Shown: positions 1 through 11,790 of the stretch, piece by piece
Position numbering within the stretch: position 1 is the first letter of the stretch
Layout: every line of letters starts with the position of its first letter
NCBI GenBank assembly: GCA_946965045.2
Contig: OX337232.1
Coordinates: 1,736,001 to 1,800,000, forward strand
Reading direction: 5' to 3'
Source of the DNA: Epithemia pelagica
Taxonomy: Eukaryota > Protista > Bacillariophyta
DNA: 64,000 nucleotides
Position numbers and translations under genes: made by a program
The notes under the pieces: model-generated
The model's database searches: none
Told to the model about the DNA's origin: nothing
What the model saw: the letters and a program-made list of their open reading frames with translations, nothing else

Positions 1-11
1 TGCTGTGATTG

Positions 12-257
12 TCATCGTCTTTGGTCTTGTGTATTCTTGATTCTTGTAGGAGAGAGGTTATCTTGTAACCTACCGGTAGAATAGGGAGAGCCGGGCGCGG
101 GCGGATCAGATCCAAGAGGTGCGACGTGCGACTGGCATCTGGCAACGCAAGACCAGTCGCAGTCGCCACTCGCCACAGCCACACAAGACGCAACAATCAA
201 TCCCAGGACCAGGACCAAAAAATAGCCAGACGTGTGGGTGTCGCTGACGTGGATCAT
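12..257 (-). CDS. Possible 5' exon of a gene running off the left edge (secreted/membrane protein?)
   Basis: ATG at 257 followed by a hydrophobic stretch (YFLVLVLGLIVASCVAVASG) and a donor-like GTAGGT near 70-75. It sits head-to-head with AOX. No homology recognised, and other frames are also partly open. Confidence 0.25.
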   Translation of the reverse strand: MIHVSDTHTSGYFLVLVLGLIVASCVAVASGDCDWSCVARCQSHVAPLGSDPPAPGSPYSTGRLQDNLSPTRIKNTQDQRR

Positions 258-419
258 TCATTTTCGGCATAATTGAAGTTCTGCGTGATTCTTTCGGGTT
301 TCGGATAAAGATGTTGGTGGTTGGTTGCCTTGTTTGAAGATCTTCGCCCTCACAAAAACACAAAAACACAAAACAGACCACAAGCCATCATACGCGTAGA
401 GGTCATCCAACAAAACGCT

Positions 420-1880
420 ATGAACGCTCTGAGGACTTTTCATACGCAAACGAACAGCCTTTCCTTCGTTGCTAGAGCCACATTGGAGCGTCATGGTCGT
501 TCATTGGGATGCAGCTTGCAGACGTATCGTTTCCATGGGATCTCCGCAACGCCTGATTGCAAGACAAACTTGTTCGCCAAACGAGGATTTTCGTCGTTTG
601 ATCCCAGTGCCATCGTGAAAAGTGAGCCTGGCTTCGTCACAAGAAAGCTCAGGGCATTGAACATGAAGACTGTGAAACAAGTTATGCAGGAGCTGAAAGC
701 AGTCGACGCAAACGCCGATGAAAGGTATTGTTCAATGTTCTCTAGTGAAATGTAATAAGAAGTCGATCTCATCATATTTATTGATTGTTACAGACTGGAC
801 TCTGGAGAGCTGAAGAACCTCTTGCGAAAGCACAAGTCAACGTTCACAGAAGAAGAGATCAGTCAGATTGGAGAACTTTTCTATGCCGGAAAGTCCGGCG
901 GTTCTGTGTCGTTTGACAAGTTCATTGAAGCAATAGATCGAGTAGTTCAAATGGAGGAGGGTCAAGTGGAGGGAAACGATGAGAAATTGAACCCGCTAGA
1001 CGTTGGTACATGTGGCAATGAATACTTATTCTACAAGAGCCACGGCAACATGGACTGGAACATCGAGCTTACGCACACTGCTCCAAAGACTCTACAAGAT
1101 CGATTGGCATACAATGCCGTAAAGGGTGTACGCCTTGTCTTTGACCTTGCCACTGGTTGGAATGGTGAAATAACTCCCACCAAAGTTTTGAACAGGACTA
1201 TTTTCCTCGAAACAATCGCTGCAGTTCCAGGGATGGTTGCGGCCATTGTTCGGCATTTCAAATCGCTTCGAACGTTTCAACGCGATGGAGGTATGATGCA
1301 GATGTTTCTTGATGAGGCGAACAATGAACGCATGCATTTGTTGACATTCGTTCGAATGAAGGACCCGAACTTTCTTTTCCGGTGAGTTTTTTCCCCTCAA
1401 ACGCGTGCCATAATTGAACTACGCTCACAGATGGACAGACTTGCAGTCATTGGTGGACAGGTTGGTTTTGGGAGTGCTTTCTTGATTTCGTACATCATCT
1501 CCCCAAAGTTTTGCCACCGCTTCGTTGGATATGTTGAGGAAGAAGCATGCTCCACATATACGAAAATCATCGATGCCATCAAGAACGCAGATGAAGGAAC
1601 TGAACTTGCCTCATGGCAAACTCAACGCGCGCCACGGATTGCCCGTTCATACTGGAAGTTGGGAGAAGAAGGAACCGTGCTAGACTTGATGTATGCTGTT
1701 CGTGCGGATGAAGCTGAACATCGTGATGTCAACCATCTGTGCTCATCGATGGAGGACGGTATGCAGAATCCAGTGAGCAATACAGAAGAAAAATTAAACA
1801 CCATGTTGTTGAAGTATGTGCACGATATCATGGAAAGGACCCCTTCAAAAGAAAAAGCGCAAGGAGAAGTTTCCATGTGA
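420..1880 (+). CDS. AOX: Mitochondrial alternative oxidase with N-terminal EF-hand; 3 exons (420-724, 794-1381, 1439-1880)
   Basis: Diiron motifs LETIAAVPGMV, EANNERMHL, YVEEEAC and RADEAEHRDVNH. GT-AG introns 725-793 and 1382-1438 restore the frame (…FLFR|LAVIGGQ…). Arg/Ser-rich N-terminus is consistent with a mitochondrial presequence. Confidence 0.95.
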
Positions 1881-2077
1881 GTCGAAAGATCGGAGCGATA
1901 TTACATCTTTGCTTATGATTTGGTCACGGAAATTAATGATTGAGAATCATGTTGGCTGTAGAAAACATGTTATGATGACGAAGCAATGATTACATTGTGC
2001 AGATGCTCGAGTAGATCAATATTCTAAAAGGAATTCTCGTGGTTTATAGTATCCGTGCAGCGTCACACACATGAGAG

Positions 2078-3563
2078 TTAGGCTTCTGCATTTTCTTCTG
2101 CTTCCGTCTTTAACTTGACGCTATTCGGGTCAATTTCGGCACATTCAGCCGCACGCTTCTTGTTCCAGAAAGACGCCGGCAAGATCTTGGCAGGATTGCA
2201 TCGGGACTTGTACTTCTTCACCACTTCTGTGACTTCATCGAACAATCCGGTATCCAACGTGATCGGGTCTAAACCGAGATTGCAAAATTTTTCGTTCGAG
2301 ACATCTAGTTCATTCTCGGCAGCTTCCTGACGAGGATTTGGAATGAAATTCACTTCAACCCCAGTCATACTAGCAACCAACTCAGCGATGTCACGGACAC
2401 GGCGCGTTTCGGCAATCTGGTTGAAGATTTCTACACGTTCTCCCGCTGCGGGGGGATTGTTGATGGCCAATTCGATACATCGAGCAGTATCAGTGATATG
2501 AATGAATGCACGGGTCTGACCGCCAGTACCATAGACAGTCAAAGGAACTCCCATGGCAGCTTGCATCAAAAATCGGTTCAACACGGTTCCGTAATCCCCA
2601 TCATAGTCAAATCGATTAAGAAGGCGCTCATCCAAGGAAGTCTGGGGTGTGTTCGTCCCCCAAACAATCCCTTGATGGAGATCGGTAATTCGCAGTTGGT
2701 CATTCTTTTGGTAAAACTGCCAGAGAAGAGCATCCAGACACTTGGTGGCATGGTAGACAGAACCAGGATAGGCCGGGTGCAGAATATTGGATTCACGTCC
2801 TCCAGGTAGAATCACATCAATGTAACCTTCGGGGATCTCGCCGCCTGAAGTTCCATATCCGTACACCCCCATAGTGCCAAGATGCACAATATGCGCATCA
2901 ACCTCTGCATCAATCACAGCACAACAAAGATTGTTTGACCCTCCCACATTGTTTTCCACAGTGTAACGCTTGGTCTTGGACGTCTTCATCGAATAGGGAG
3001 CAGCTCTTTGTTCCGCGAAGTGAACAATGGAGTCGGGCTGTTCGTCTTTGATAAGTTGAACAAGTAGATCATATTCTTTAGCCACATCAAGGTTAACAAA
3101 TCTGATAACCTTGCCAGAAACTTCCTTCCATGCTTGGCAACGAACCTGTAAAAGTGGCAGCGATCATCTAGAAGCTGAGATGACTGCATCGACACCAAGA
3201 CAAAACGCTAGCCAAGAACTCAAAAAGCCTGCATTGAATGCAACAGACGTCTGAACTTACCTCGGGGGCCTGAATTGGTGTGAGTGAGTCACATCCAAGT
3301 TCGATGTCGATGTTACGCCGACTCAAATTGTCCACAACAATGATATCATGGCCTTGGTCACTCAGGTACAACGACGTCGGCCAACCGCAAAATCCATCTC
3401 CACCCAAAACGATAACTTTCTTTGGAGTGATATCCCCGTTAAGTTCAGCAAACAGGGTGGACCATGTTCTTGACGGGGTATATTTTCGTGGCTGCAAGGC
3501 CGTGAATGAGGTCACCAGAGTGACAGAAGAACACAATGAAGCAAACAGCAAGGCAAGCTTCAT
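2078..3563 (-). CDS. SQD1: UDP-sulfoquinovose synthase, plastid-targeted; 2 exons (3563-3261, 3145-2078)
   Basis: VIVLGGDGFCGWPTSLYLS, VHFAEQRAAPYSM, HLGTMGVYGY, YHATK and RFDYDGDYGTVLNRF. Intron 3146-3260 (GTAAGT…TACAG). Signal peptide ends in TS-F, a bipartite plastid-type leader. Confidence 0.97.
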
Positions 3564-4037
3564 TTTTCCAGTTTTTCTCGAAAGTTAAGGAGAGAGGCTA
3601 TGGCAAAGATCAACTCTGGATCAAAATCGAGATCACAATAAGGCTGCTGGGCTATCGAGAATTGCGTCACCCAATTGTACTATTGCCAATCAACAAGGCC
3701 CACTGTTCAGAACCTGAGATCAAGGTCAATGATCGTCTTGACATGGACGCACGTAGGAGACACCCAAAGATTCAACCCCATCAAGGAAACTTCCCAGAGA
3801 CCGGTCCCAAGTTTTTCCACAGTTTCTATTTGATGACAAATGAAAATTATCGCTTGGAAGTTTTCTGACGACACACGGACTGACAGGAGTTGTGGACGCC
3901 GAAGCATTCGTCTGTCTGTCTGCACATCTGCTTCGATCCGAGGGAGCAATTGGGAACACGGTGGAGTTTCACCCCCTTTAGCCGTGGATACCCAATCCAC
4001 CCACAGTTTTTTGACTCACCCTGTTGCTATCTTGGAC

Positions 4038-4886
4038 ATGATGAACAATTCCGCCATGGTCAATATTCTTGATAGGCCGCTTGGAAAGGGAGGTACCCGG
4101 TGAGTGGATTAACCTCCAAATATTTTCCGTACAAGTAACCGTGCAATATTTTTCTCATGAAACGAATCATTTCCTGTTGTCTTGGCATTGGAAAAGGACG
4201 AACAACGCAGAACAATCTGTGAGTCTTTCCTCCTTTGCCTATTTGTATTCAGAAATGGTTCAGTACCATCAAAATCGAGTCGACAGTATTAGCGAACTGG
4301 AACGACGACTGGAGGCGACTGGGTACAGCGTTGGGTTACGCGTACTGGAATTATTGGCTTACCGAGCTCGGGAATACAAACGAGAAACGAGGTTGATGAA
4401 CATTTTGCAATTTGTATCCACAACTGTCTGGAAATCGCTGTTCGGGAAAGCGGCTGATTCTTTGGAGAGATCCATCGATCATGCCGATGAATTCATGATT
4501 GTGGATTACGCACCAATAACAAGGTAAGGATTTACGCCGACATTTCGTGTGGGATAAAGGTTCAATCAATACGATGTTTTCTCTGCTGTACACAGAACTC
4601 ACCCTGCATATCCATGGATTATCAAATCGCTCTCAGCACATTTGTGAGTGTCCCTTCCGATTTCGGGGGATTATCTGTTGATGCATACATATCTGGGATA
4701 ATTGCCGGGATTCTGGAAGGAGCTGGTTTTCCTGCCCGAGTGACAGCTCATTCTGTATCATTGGAAGAAGGCGAGGCCCCTGCTTCCATGTCTAGTGTTT
4801 TGGTCTTGCCACCACGCAAGGAGAAGACAGTTTTCCTTGTCAAGTTCGCACCAACAGTCCTTTCTAGAGACAACGCCATGGGTTGA
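4038..4886 (+). CDS. TRAPPC5: TRAPP complex subunit 5 (Trs31, Bet3 family); 3 exons (4038-4099, 4197-4523, 4637-4886)
   Basis: NILDRPL…VSLSSFAYLYSEMVQY, LERRLEATGY, WKSLFGKAADSLE and GIIAGILEGAGFPARVTAH. Frame-consistent introns 4100-4196 and 4524-4636. Confidence 0.93.
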
Positions 4887-5083
4887 GGGATCGAAATCAT
4901 AGCAACAGTGCATGGCTTCATCGTTGTGCTTCCATCAATCAGAGTAAATTGTCTGAACGCCTAGTAGGTAGTATGGCAAAATAACAGTAAGAGAACTGGT
5001 GGCGTGATATGCTATTTTATGTGTAACGATTGCAGTCGTAATGTACGGGAATGCTTGAGAGTTGGTTTGAAGGGGCTCACTCA

Positions 5084-6035
5084 TTAGCGCTTTGGGGTCA
5101 TTGTCTTCACTGTGTCAGGGAAACAAAACATCCACCATTTTGCATACCACACGTCTTCTTCTTCGTGCATTTCTAAATTCTCCCCTCTTTTCGGTGGTCT
5201 CGCATTCATCGGTGGTGATGGAGACATACCTTGAGGTGATCGTGGTGAGGATTCCTCAATGGGAGAAGATGATGGTTTTTTGGAGTTCTTGACTCGAGGT
5301 GTCTGATTGTCCGCTTGTTTCTTATCCCGGCGACGTTTCTTCTTGTCCTCGCGGAGCTTTGCCACAGAATCCGTATGTTCAGCTTCCGCAAAAACGATTC
5401 CTAAGTCTGGGGCAGATATTGACTCATCATGTTGTTTGCCACCCTTGGACTGGTGAGATTGATGTGGATTGTAAGCACGATTATTCACACCACCCATAGG
5501 CAGAGGGTAGTTGCCGCCGTCGTATTCGTTTTGATCACTAGTCTGCCTGCATGCGATAAAAGAAAAGCTGTGAACATCATGATCAACTGGGTATCGGTAC
5601 TCGACAGGCTATACTAGGTGGAACTCACCCTGCAGTACCAACTAGCTTCGTTCCATTTAATGCCGAATGCTCAGTGTGAAGGGATCTCATCGCAGATTCA
5701 GCATCAGTGCTGTACGCCAATGAGTGCTGAGACTCTGCAGCCACTGATCGATCTTCTTTGGCGTGTTTCTTGGCTCGCTCTTTCTCCAGCACTAGAGCTA
5801 GTTCTTTCGAGTCCTGAACATCCAATACTTTCATAATACCCGCTAGACTGCTGTCTGTGGATTCTCCGGCAGCAGAGTTGATGCTGCTTGCCGCAGAATA
5901 TGTCAAGCTCCCGTTCCCATCCGTGGGATCGTTGTCCTCATTTTCAGAAGTGCTGCTTGGGTGTCGTCTATGGTGTCTTCGAGGCACTGCTGGAGCAGCG
6001 TCGAATGCACCATCGAATTTATACTTAGTAGCCAT
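5084..6035 (-). CDS. Hypothetical low-complexity protein, 2 exons (probable intron 5547-5628)
   Basis: ATG at 6035; GTGAGT donor at 5628 and CAG acceptor at 5547 join two ORFs. Ser/charged disordered composition with C-terminal WYAKWWMFCFPD motif. No family recognised. Confidence 0.6.
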
Positions 6036-7030
6036 GATTCGTGTTTGGTGTTCCTTTCAGTTTCTTTGTACAGTCCGTTTCAAGGAGGTCACGATCACTG
6101 TAAGAACTTCCAATCTTCACCGCATCCGTGTTTGATACCCAATGTTGTTGATTACCGATCGGCCCAAATCTTGAAGAAAGCTGAAAGCAAGTGTAGATCG
6201 GTGAACGGCTTAGGATGCAATGCCACAGGAATTCCGTTGTGAACAAACAAAACGATGGGACAACTCCGTATGCTGCGCCTTTTCTGATTCACTTTGCGTT
6301 TCACTCCTTCTCCACAACCTCCCTCTCGCTCTTGCTATCAGAGCACTTCAACGTGTGTGTTGCTTCCCTGCTATTGCCAAAAAAGCACACTAACAGACAA
6401 ATCTCAATAGCAAAGCTGGATAATAGGACAACCAAAATCCTCGTGCAATTGGCCGAGACCAAAAATTGCATGGCAGGGTATATCCGCAGTCCGTAGAGAG
6501 GATGGAGTACCTAAATTGCCAACGCCGGCAGTCCCGTAGAAGGGACAATTGCTCCCCCAGTGCCCCGAGAACATGTTGTCTGTTTGGTGGACAACCCAAG
6601 CGGAGTCGACACGTACTGATTATCTTTATACTCAATAAATCATGGTACAAGAAGTATTGCAGTTACAATTTACAATTATTTACCGACTCCCTCCTACAAC
6701 CAAGGAAAGTTTCGCGTGTCGGACATTGGCTCTTGTGAAATTTACAACTTGCCGGCTCGGCATCCATTGTCGTCGGGGGAACAAACGACTCCACATAATA
6801 GTAATAGAGCTTGGAACGCTTGTGGTTGTGGTTGTGGTAGTGCTGGCGCTTGGGGATTGGTGTAGAGAAGAAGTTCGTATTGTGTTTCTGCGACTCAACT
6901 CGCTTCCCACATTTCCCGCGATCACAAATTGATCGTGAATGAGAACCATGGTGTGTATCTTTCCTTGTCCACAAAAAGTTGAAGCAGAAACCCAAAACCA
7001 AAGGAAAAGTATCGTAGTTGTTGAATCAAA

Positions 7031-8009
7031 ATGCTGCAGTCCATGATACAGAAAGAATATTTGATTGGAGGATTCTCTGTTATCGGAGTTCTGGTCATCC
7101 GGTCCATTGTAAATCTTTTCTCAACGCCATCGTTGAATGCTGCAACAAAGACGTCGAACAAACCTATACCCCAGATGGGTGAGAATGACAAGGTTACAAT
7201 CTGGGGATACGAAGCTGCTGGCGAATATTCTGGCTATCAGAAAGGGATGAGTGACGCCTCGTACTATGTGGGACGAGTTGAAGCCTATTGCCGCGCTGCC
7301 AAGATTCCTTACACGAAACTTGCAAGCCAAGGAGGTTCCGAAAACCCATGAGGCAAAGTTCCATTTGCCAATATTAATGGGACAATGGTGGATGACAGTG
7401 CCAAGATAATCAGAGAAATTGAAGAAAAGCACAAAGTCAATCTTGATAAGACGCTGACTCCACAACAACTCGCCACTGGGCATTTCGTTCGTGAAACGCT
7501 TCATGGCAGTCTCTATTGGGTAAGTAGTCTGTTGGAGGACTCGTTCCTGGCATCGATTTGTCTCGCACTAACATTTCAATCAACAGGTTTCGGCTTATCT
7601 TACTTTCCAAACGTCTGACGGAAGAAAAGTGTTCCGTTCTGAATTGGCCCACTCTTTGCCTCCAGTAGTTCTCGACCTTGTCAATGCCATGGCTGTCAAT
7701 GCTATGCACAAAAATTTGTATGGACAAGGGATTGGTCGAATGCCAGATGCAGACGTGATTGAAAAGGGGAAGAAAGACTTGAAAGCTCTTAGCATTGCGC
7801 TGGGAAAACAAGATTTCTTGCTCGGGACGAAAACACCGACCTCGTTTGACTGCGACCTCTATGCCATTCTGGCATGCTTCTTTGGACATGAATACTTTTC
7901 CTCTTTGCCTTGGGTTTCCGAGGCCCGCAAGGAATATTCGAATTTAGATACTTTTTTCCATCGCATGAAAGACCTGCTCTATCCGGAATTGAAAACGAAG
8001 TCAGCGTAA
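7031..8009 (+). pseudogene. Metaxin/FAX-like GST-fold protein with in-frame TGA at 7349-7351; intron 7520-7586
   Basis: N-terminal TM, then S-Y-Y-V-G-R-V-E-A-Y-C-R…IPY, NP*GKVPF and MVDDSAKII (GST-N), then ALSIALGKQDFLLGTKTPTSFDCDLYAIL (GST-C). The same frame continues through the TGA. GTAAGT…CAG intron links to the 7629 ORF. Confidence 0.75.
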
Positions 8010-8448
8010 CGGTTTGTACGACGGAAAACAGGTCTTTTCTAGATCTCACAAATATGTGCTGTGTTCAATCAATTTCCTGATTCCAAGGGCTTGTGAACTT
8101 GTCCCTAATAGAGCTAAATTGACAAATAAGTCATAGGTCGACTTTAAAAGTGAACGAACATAGTGTGGTCAACGATTTGAACCGGATTCTTTCTCGTCAA
8201 GGTCAGATCCAATGTATGAGTACCATGTTGAACGTCTATGATGGTTTGTTTTTCTTTGTTCAATGAAATGGCTTTGGGAACTGTGAGGGTTGTGTTGCAT
8301 ATCTGTGTAGATGACCTCTGTGGCAAACTCGTTCATTATGTGTCTTCGGTACCACTTTGCTAGTAAATTTTTTTGAGTAGACCCAGAATTAACAACAACA
8401 CTTCCGATTCAGAAGAGGGCTCCTGTTTCACAAGAAGAACAGTGTACG

Positions 8449-9534
8449 TCACTTTCTTTGTGGCTTTTCAGTCAGCGTTTTCTTGCTCTTAACGATTCGT
8501 TGTCCCTCATAGCCAGCAGGTAGTACTGTATAGCCTACGGCACCATTGCCTTGGCGTGGAGGAGCCCCCCGCACAAGGATCGCCTCGCCTCGGAGAGGCC
8601 AAATACGACAAAGCACTCGTCCGCGGAGAAGCGCCATGGGTATGGACCCATAGGTTCGGGAATCGGAAGAATTTGATGGATTGTCTCCTTCCACCCACAA
8701 GTGTCCATCCGGTATTACCAAAAGTCCCTTACGACCAGGTCGTAGAACTGTATCGCCGGGCAATCCCAAGACTCGTTTGCAAATGGTGCCCTTTCGATTT
8801 GGATGCTGCAAGACGACGACATCGCCGATGGAGAGAGGGGATGTTAAGAGTTGCAACAATGACGACCACGACGCTTTTTCATCCGAGACTGAAATTCTTG
8901 GTTCATACCACTCATCGATGTGGCTATCACTTTGTTTTTCATACGCGTCTTGGAGCTGCTGAGCATACAGAACTCGTTCCTCTCCCCGGCTGATTGAAAC
9001 GTCATTGTCACGACCACGTCTTTGTCGTCGTTTCCTGTGGATTCGGTTGAGAGTCCATTTGTCGATGAGAACAATCTCACCATATGGATGAAGTGTGGGG
9101 TACATGGACGGTCCTTCTAAAAGTGTGATTTCCGCAACATATTCCAAAATGCTGTACACCATTCCACACGCCAAGATTCCTCGAAATAGAAAGGTACCGT
9201 AAAAATTGTACAGTTCTCCTTCCGGTGGATAATGTTGGTGATGACGGTGGTTGTGCGTCGGATCCGGAGAAGAAGGTAGATTCGAGGAATATCTTCGTCG
9301 TATATGACAACTTGGTGCTCTATTTGGATGTTGTAGATGGTATCGGAGGAAAGATTGGTCGGCAGCAAGAGGTAGTTGTTGGATTTTGAGTCCACATTGT
9401 TGAGACCCACAGAGAAACCTCTCACTTCCACGCCCCAGAGAGGTAAACCGGGCTGGTTTATCAAACTGTTTCACAGAGCCGTTTACTGTCATCCGATCAA
9501 GACGAAGTCGGCGCCATGGGATGGGTGCTATCAT
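8449..9534 (-). CDS. IMP1: Mitochondrial inner membrane peptidase subunit 1 (S26 family)
   Basis: GPSMYPTL (catalytic Ser), ICKRVLGLPGD (catalytic Lys), GDNPSNSSDSRTYG and GRVLCRIWPL. True start uncertain. Confidence 0.88.
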   Translation of the reverse strand: MIAPIPWRRLRLDRMTVNGSVKQFDKPARFTSLGRGSERFLCGSQQCGLKIQQLPLAADQSFLRYHLQHPNRAPSCHIRRRYSSNLPSSPDPTHNHRHHQHYPPEGELYNFYGTFLFRGILACGMVYSILEYVAEITLLEGPSMYPTLHPYGEIVLIDKWTLNRIHRKRRQRRGRDNDVSISRGEERVLYAQQLQDAYEKQSDSHIDEWYEPRISVSDEKASWSSLLQLLTSPLSIGDVVVLQHPNRKGTICKRVLGLPGDTVLRPGRKGLLVIPDGHLWVEGDNPSNSSDSRTYGSIPMALLRGRVLCRIWPLRGEAILVRGAPPRQGNGAVGYTVLPAGYEGQRIVKSKKTLTEKPQRK

Positions 9535-9838
9535 TGTTTCGATGAGGCGTTGGGGATTGGGGATTGGGGACGGGATTTTATTTTCGAAACATGAAGCATC
9601 TCCACGTGGAAGAAGCGCGCGCCTGATTTGGTCGGAGAGTCCTTCTCACTTTTTCCTCCCACCTCCCACACGAATTGGTTGGAATAGACACGGGATAGAC
9701 GACAGAGATAGACGACTGAAGACTAAGACTGAAGAAGTGTCATTGCCCCCCAACTTCTTGTGACTCTACAGATTGGGATACTGATACTTGGAGTCGTAGT
9801 TGGACGTGTCGATCGAATGCAAACCTTCTCTACCACTT

Positions 9839-11224
9839 ATGAAGCTTTTTCATGAGCCTGTTCAGCAACGACGGAATGGCAAGACTTTTCGACATTCGGA
9901 ACTGTTAATGTTGTCCTTGTTGCGAACAGCTGCATTCATTGTCGTGCCTTTCTTGGTGGTTGTGTTTTTGTGGGAGGAGAATACTTTGAACCATGGCCTC
10001 TTTGAAAAACATAATGGAAAAGGACATTCGAGTGTGTTCCAGACAAATTTGAAGAGTCACGGCAAAGATTTTAGTTCTACGGATGATGAAAGTCAAATGG
10101 ACCTGGACATGCTGGTGTCGTCTGCCGAAAGGATTGGTATGATGGAAGAATCGAATGAGGAAGTTCATCTCGATGGGGAAAAGAGTGCTGGTGATCGGTT
10201 TGTCGAGGCATTGGAACAGATTGACGGCGCGAATAAATACGAGCGTGCCCAAAAGTTACTGATCAGCCATTCGGGGGATCATGGTGACGACCCTGTTGCA
10301 CTCATGAATCGAATCTTGATTCGTCCTCGACCTCGTAATCTTCGATTGGTATTTATTGGTGATTCTCTTACGCGGTATCAGTACCTATCTTTGGCATATT
10401 GGCTGCGCTACGGAAGATGGTTTGATCCATCGGTTTACCCCAACAATCTACTTAATGCTCACTCCTTTCACCACGATTATCATCCGAACGATGATTGGAA
10501 TGAGTTCTTCATTCAATCCAATCGCATTCTGCAGCCATTCGAACTTTGCGATTGCAGTCGCCAAGAAAGGAAACACATCGCCGTAGAGCGACGATACTTC
10601 CATGAGTCCACGCGAAACAACACCCTTGTTTACATCAATGTGAGCGGTGAAAGCACATTGGGGCACAAAGGACTCTATGGAAGAGTCGATCCACGCCGTG
10701 TGTTCGAAGCGCACGGTGGACTCTCCCGTAGCGGCTTGATTGCGGACCATGAAAGAGAGGATGAATGGGAATATCGTAACTGGGGCGACTTGGTTCGATA
10801 TCATGTGGGAGCCTTGCGTCTTGGTCCATCGGCCGTCGTAATTCTCAATGCCGGTTTGCATCCCAATCGATTCCATGACTCCCTTCGAACCGCATCGTTA
10901 CGGATGGCGTTAGAAGGCGTGTCTCTGAAAGGCATTTGGAAAACGACGACCTTTCGAAAGGACCAACTTGTACAAACGAATATGGCAAGTGATGCTACTC
11001 AAGTTGTGGCAATGAGTACGATTGACAATGAAATGTGTGGTTTGATGGACGATTGCTTTGATCTCACTTGGATGGCGCATATCAACCCTGATATGTACTA
11101 TGATAACCTTCACTTCAATGAACCTGTCTATCGTATATTGAACGAAGAATTATTGGCAAGACTCGAATTGTTGCCTCGCGACTATGAGCAATTGGAAAGA
11201 TCCATGGTCCTCAAAAAGCAATGA
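9839..11224 (+). CDS. Type II membrane SGNH/GDSL-like hydrolase or acyltransferase
   Basis: N-terminal TM helix, VFIGDSLTRYQY (GDS), LNAGLH (block III) and DNLHF (DxxH). Confidence 0.7.
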   Translation: MKLFHEPVQQRRNGKTFRHSELLMLSLLRTAAFIVVPFLVVVFLWEENTLNHGLFEKHNGKGHSSVFQTNLKSHGKDFSSTDDESQMDLDMLVSSAERIGMMEESNEEVHLDGEKSAGDRFVEALEQIDGANKYERAQKLLISHSGDHGDDPVALMNRILIRPRPRNLRLVFIGDSLTRYQYLSLAYWLRYGRWFDPSVYPNNLLNAHSFHHDYHPNDDWNEFFIQSNRILQPFELCDCSRQERKHIAVERRYFHESTRNNTLVYINVSGESTLGHKGLYGRVDPRRVFEAHGGLSRSGLIADHEREDEWEYRNWGDLVRYHVGALRLGPSAVVILNAGLHPNRFHDSLRTASLRMALEGVSLKGIWKTTTFRKDQLVQTNMASDATQVVAMSTIDNEMCGLMDDCFDLTWMAHINPDMYYDNLHFNEPVYRILNEELLARLELLPRDYEQLERSMVLKKQ

Positions 11225-11320
11225 AGGTACATCATGGCCTCTGGATCGTCGTCTGATGTTTTACGGCAATGAAGGTACATCATCGTGGCCTCTGGATCGT
11301 CGTCTGATGTTTTACGGCAA
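11218..11320. repeat. ~48-bp tandem duplication spanning the stop codon of the SGNH gene
   Basis: GCAATGAAGGTACATCAT(CGT)GGCCTCTGGATCGTCGTCTGATGTTTTACG occurs twice (11218-11265, 11266-11316), differing by a 3-nt indel. Confidence 0.9.
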
Positions 11321-11790
11321 GTTATAAGTTATCAACACTGCATGTGACGTTCCGTGACAAGGGATTTTGTCCCACCATCCTGATCGATAGCGATTGATTG
11401 TCGCAAGAGGGGCGACTGTTGACGGGTTCCTCCTCCCTGATATTGATGCCAAACTATGACCAACGTATCCGAGCGCTGGTGACAGCGATATTCCATCTTT
11501 CCAGGCATGTTATAGACTTGCCTGGGCAACATTCCATCAAATCTGGCCTTGCATGTCCAGTTGCCCTCTGTCGGTATACTGGTTACAGACAGCCGATACG
11601 GCATCATTTATTTGGTGTTGCTGACAACCCTTCCTGGCCAGCGCCTAATAATCAATCATCACACGTTATAGCAATGAATGTAATCCATCGAACATATCTA
11701 TCATGAAGTGATCAATTAGTTACCTAGAGTTATCAACGCGAGCTACATCAACACTGAATTTCGATTCGCGCAAGGATAACAACCACACGC

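Noticed and set aside
6100-7001. Several 70-110-aa ORFs in the divergent spacer
   Set aside because: They overlap in conflicting frames, are low in complexity and have no motifs; more likely promoter or UTR sequence.
7349-8400. Selenoprotein interpretation of the in-frame TGA
   Set aside because: The position corresponds to the variable residue of NPxGKVP, not a redox Cys, and no convincing SECIS was seen by eye. Kept only as a minor alternative.
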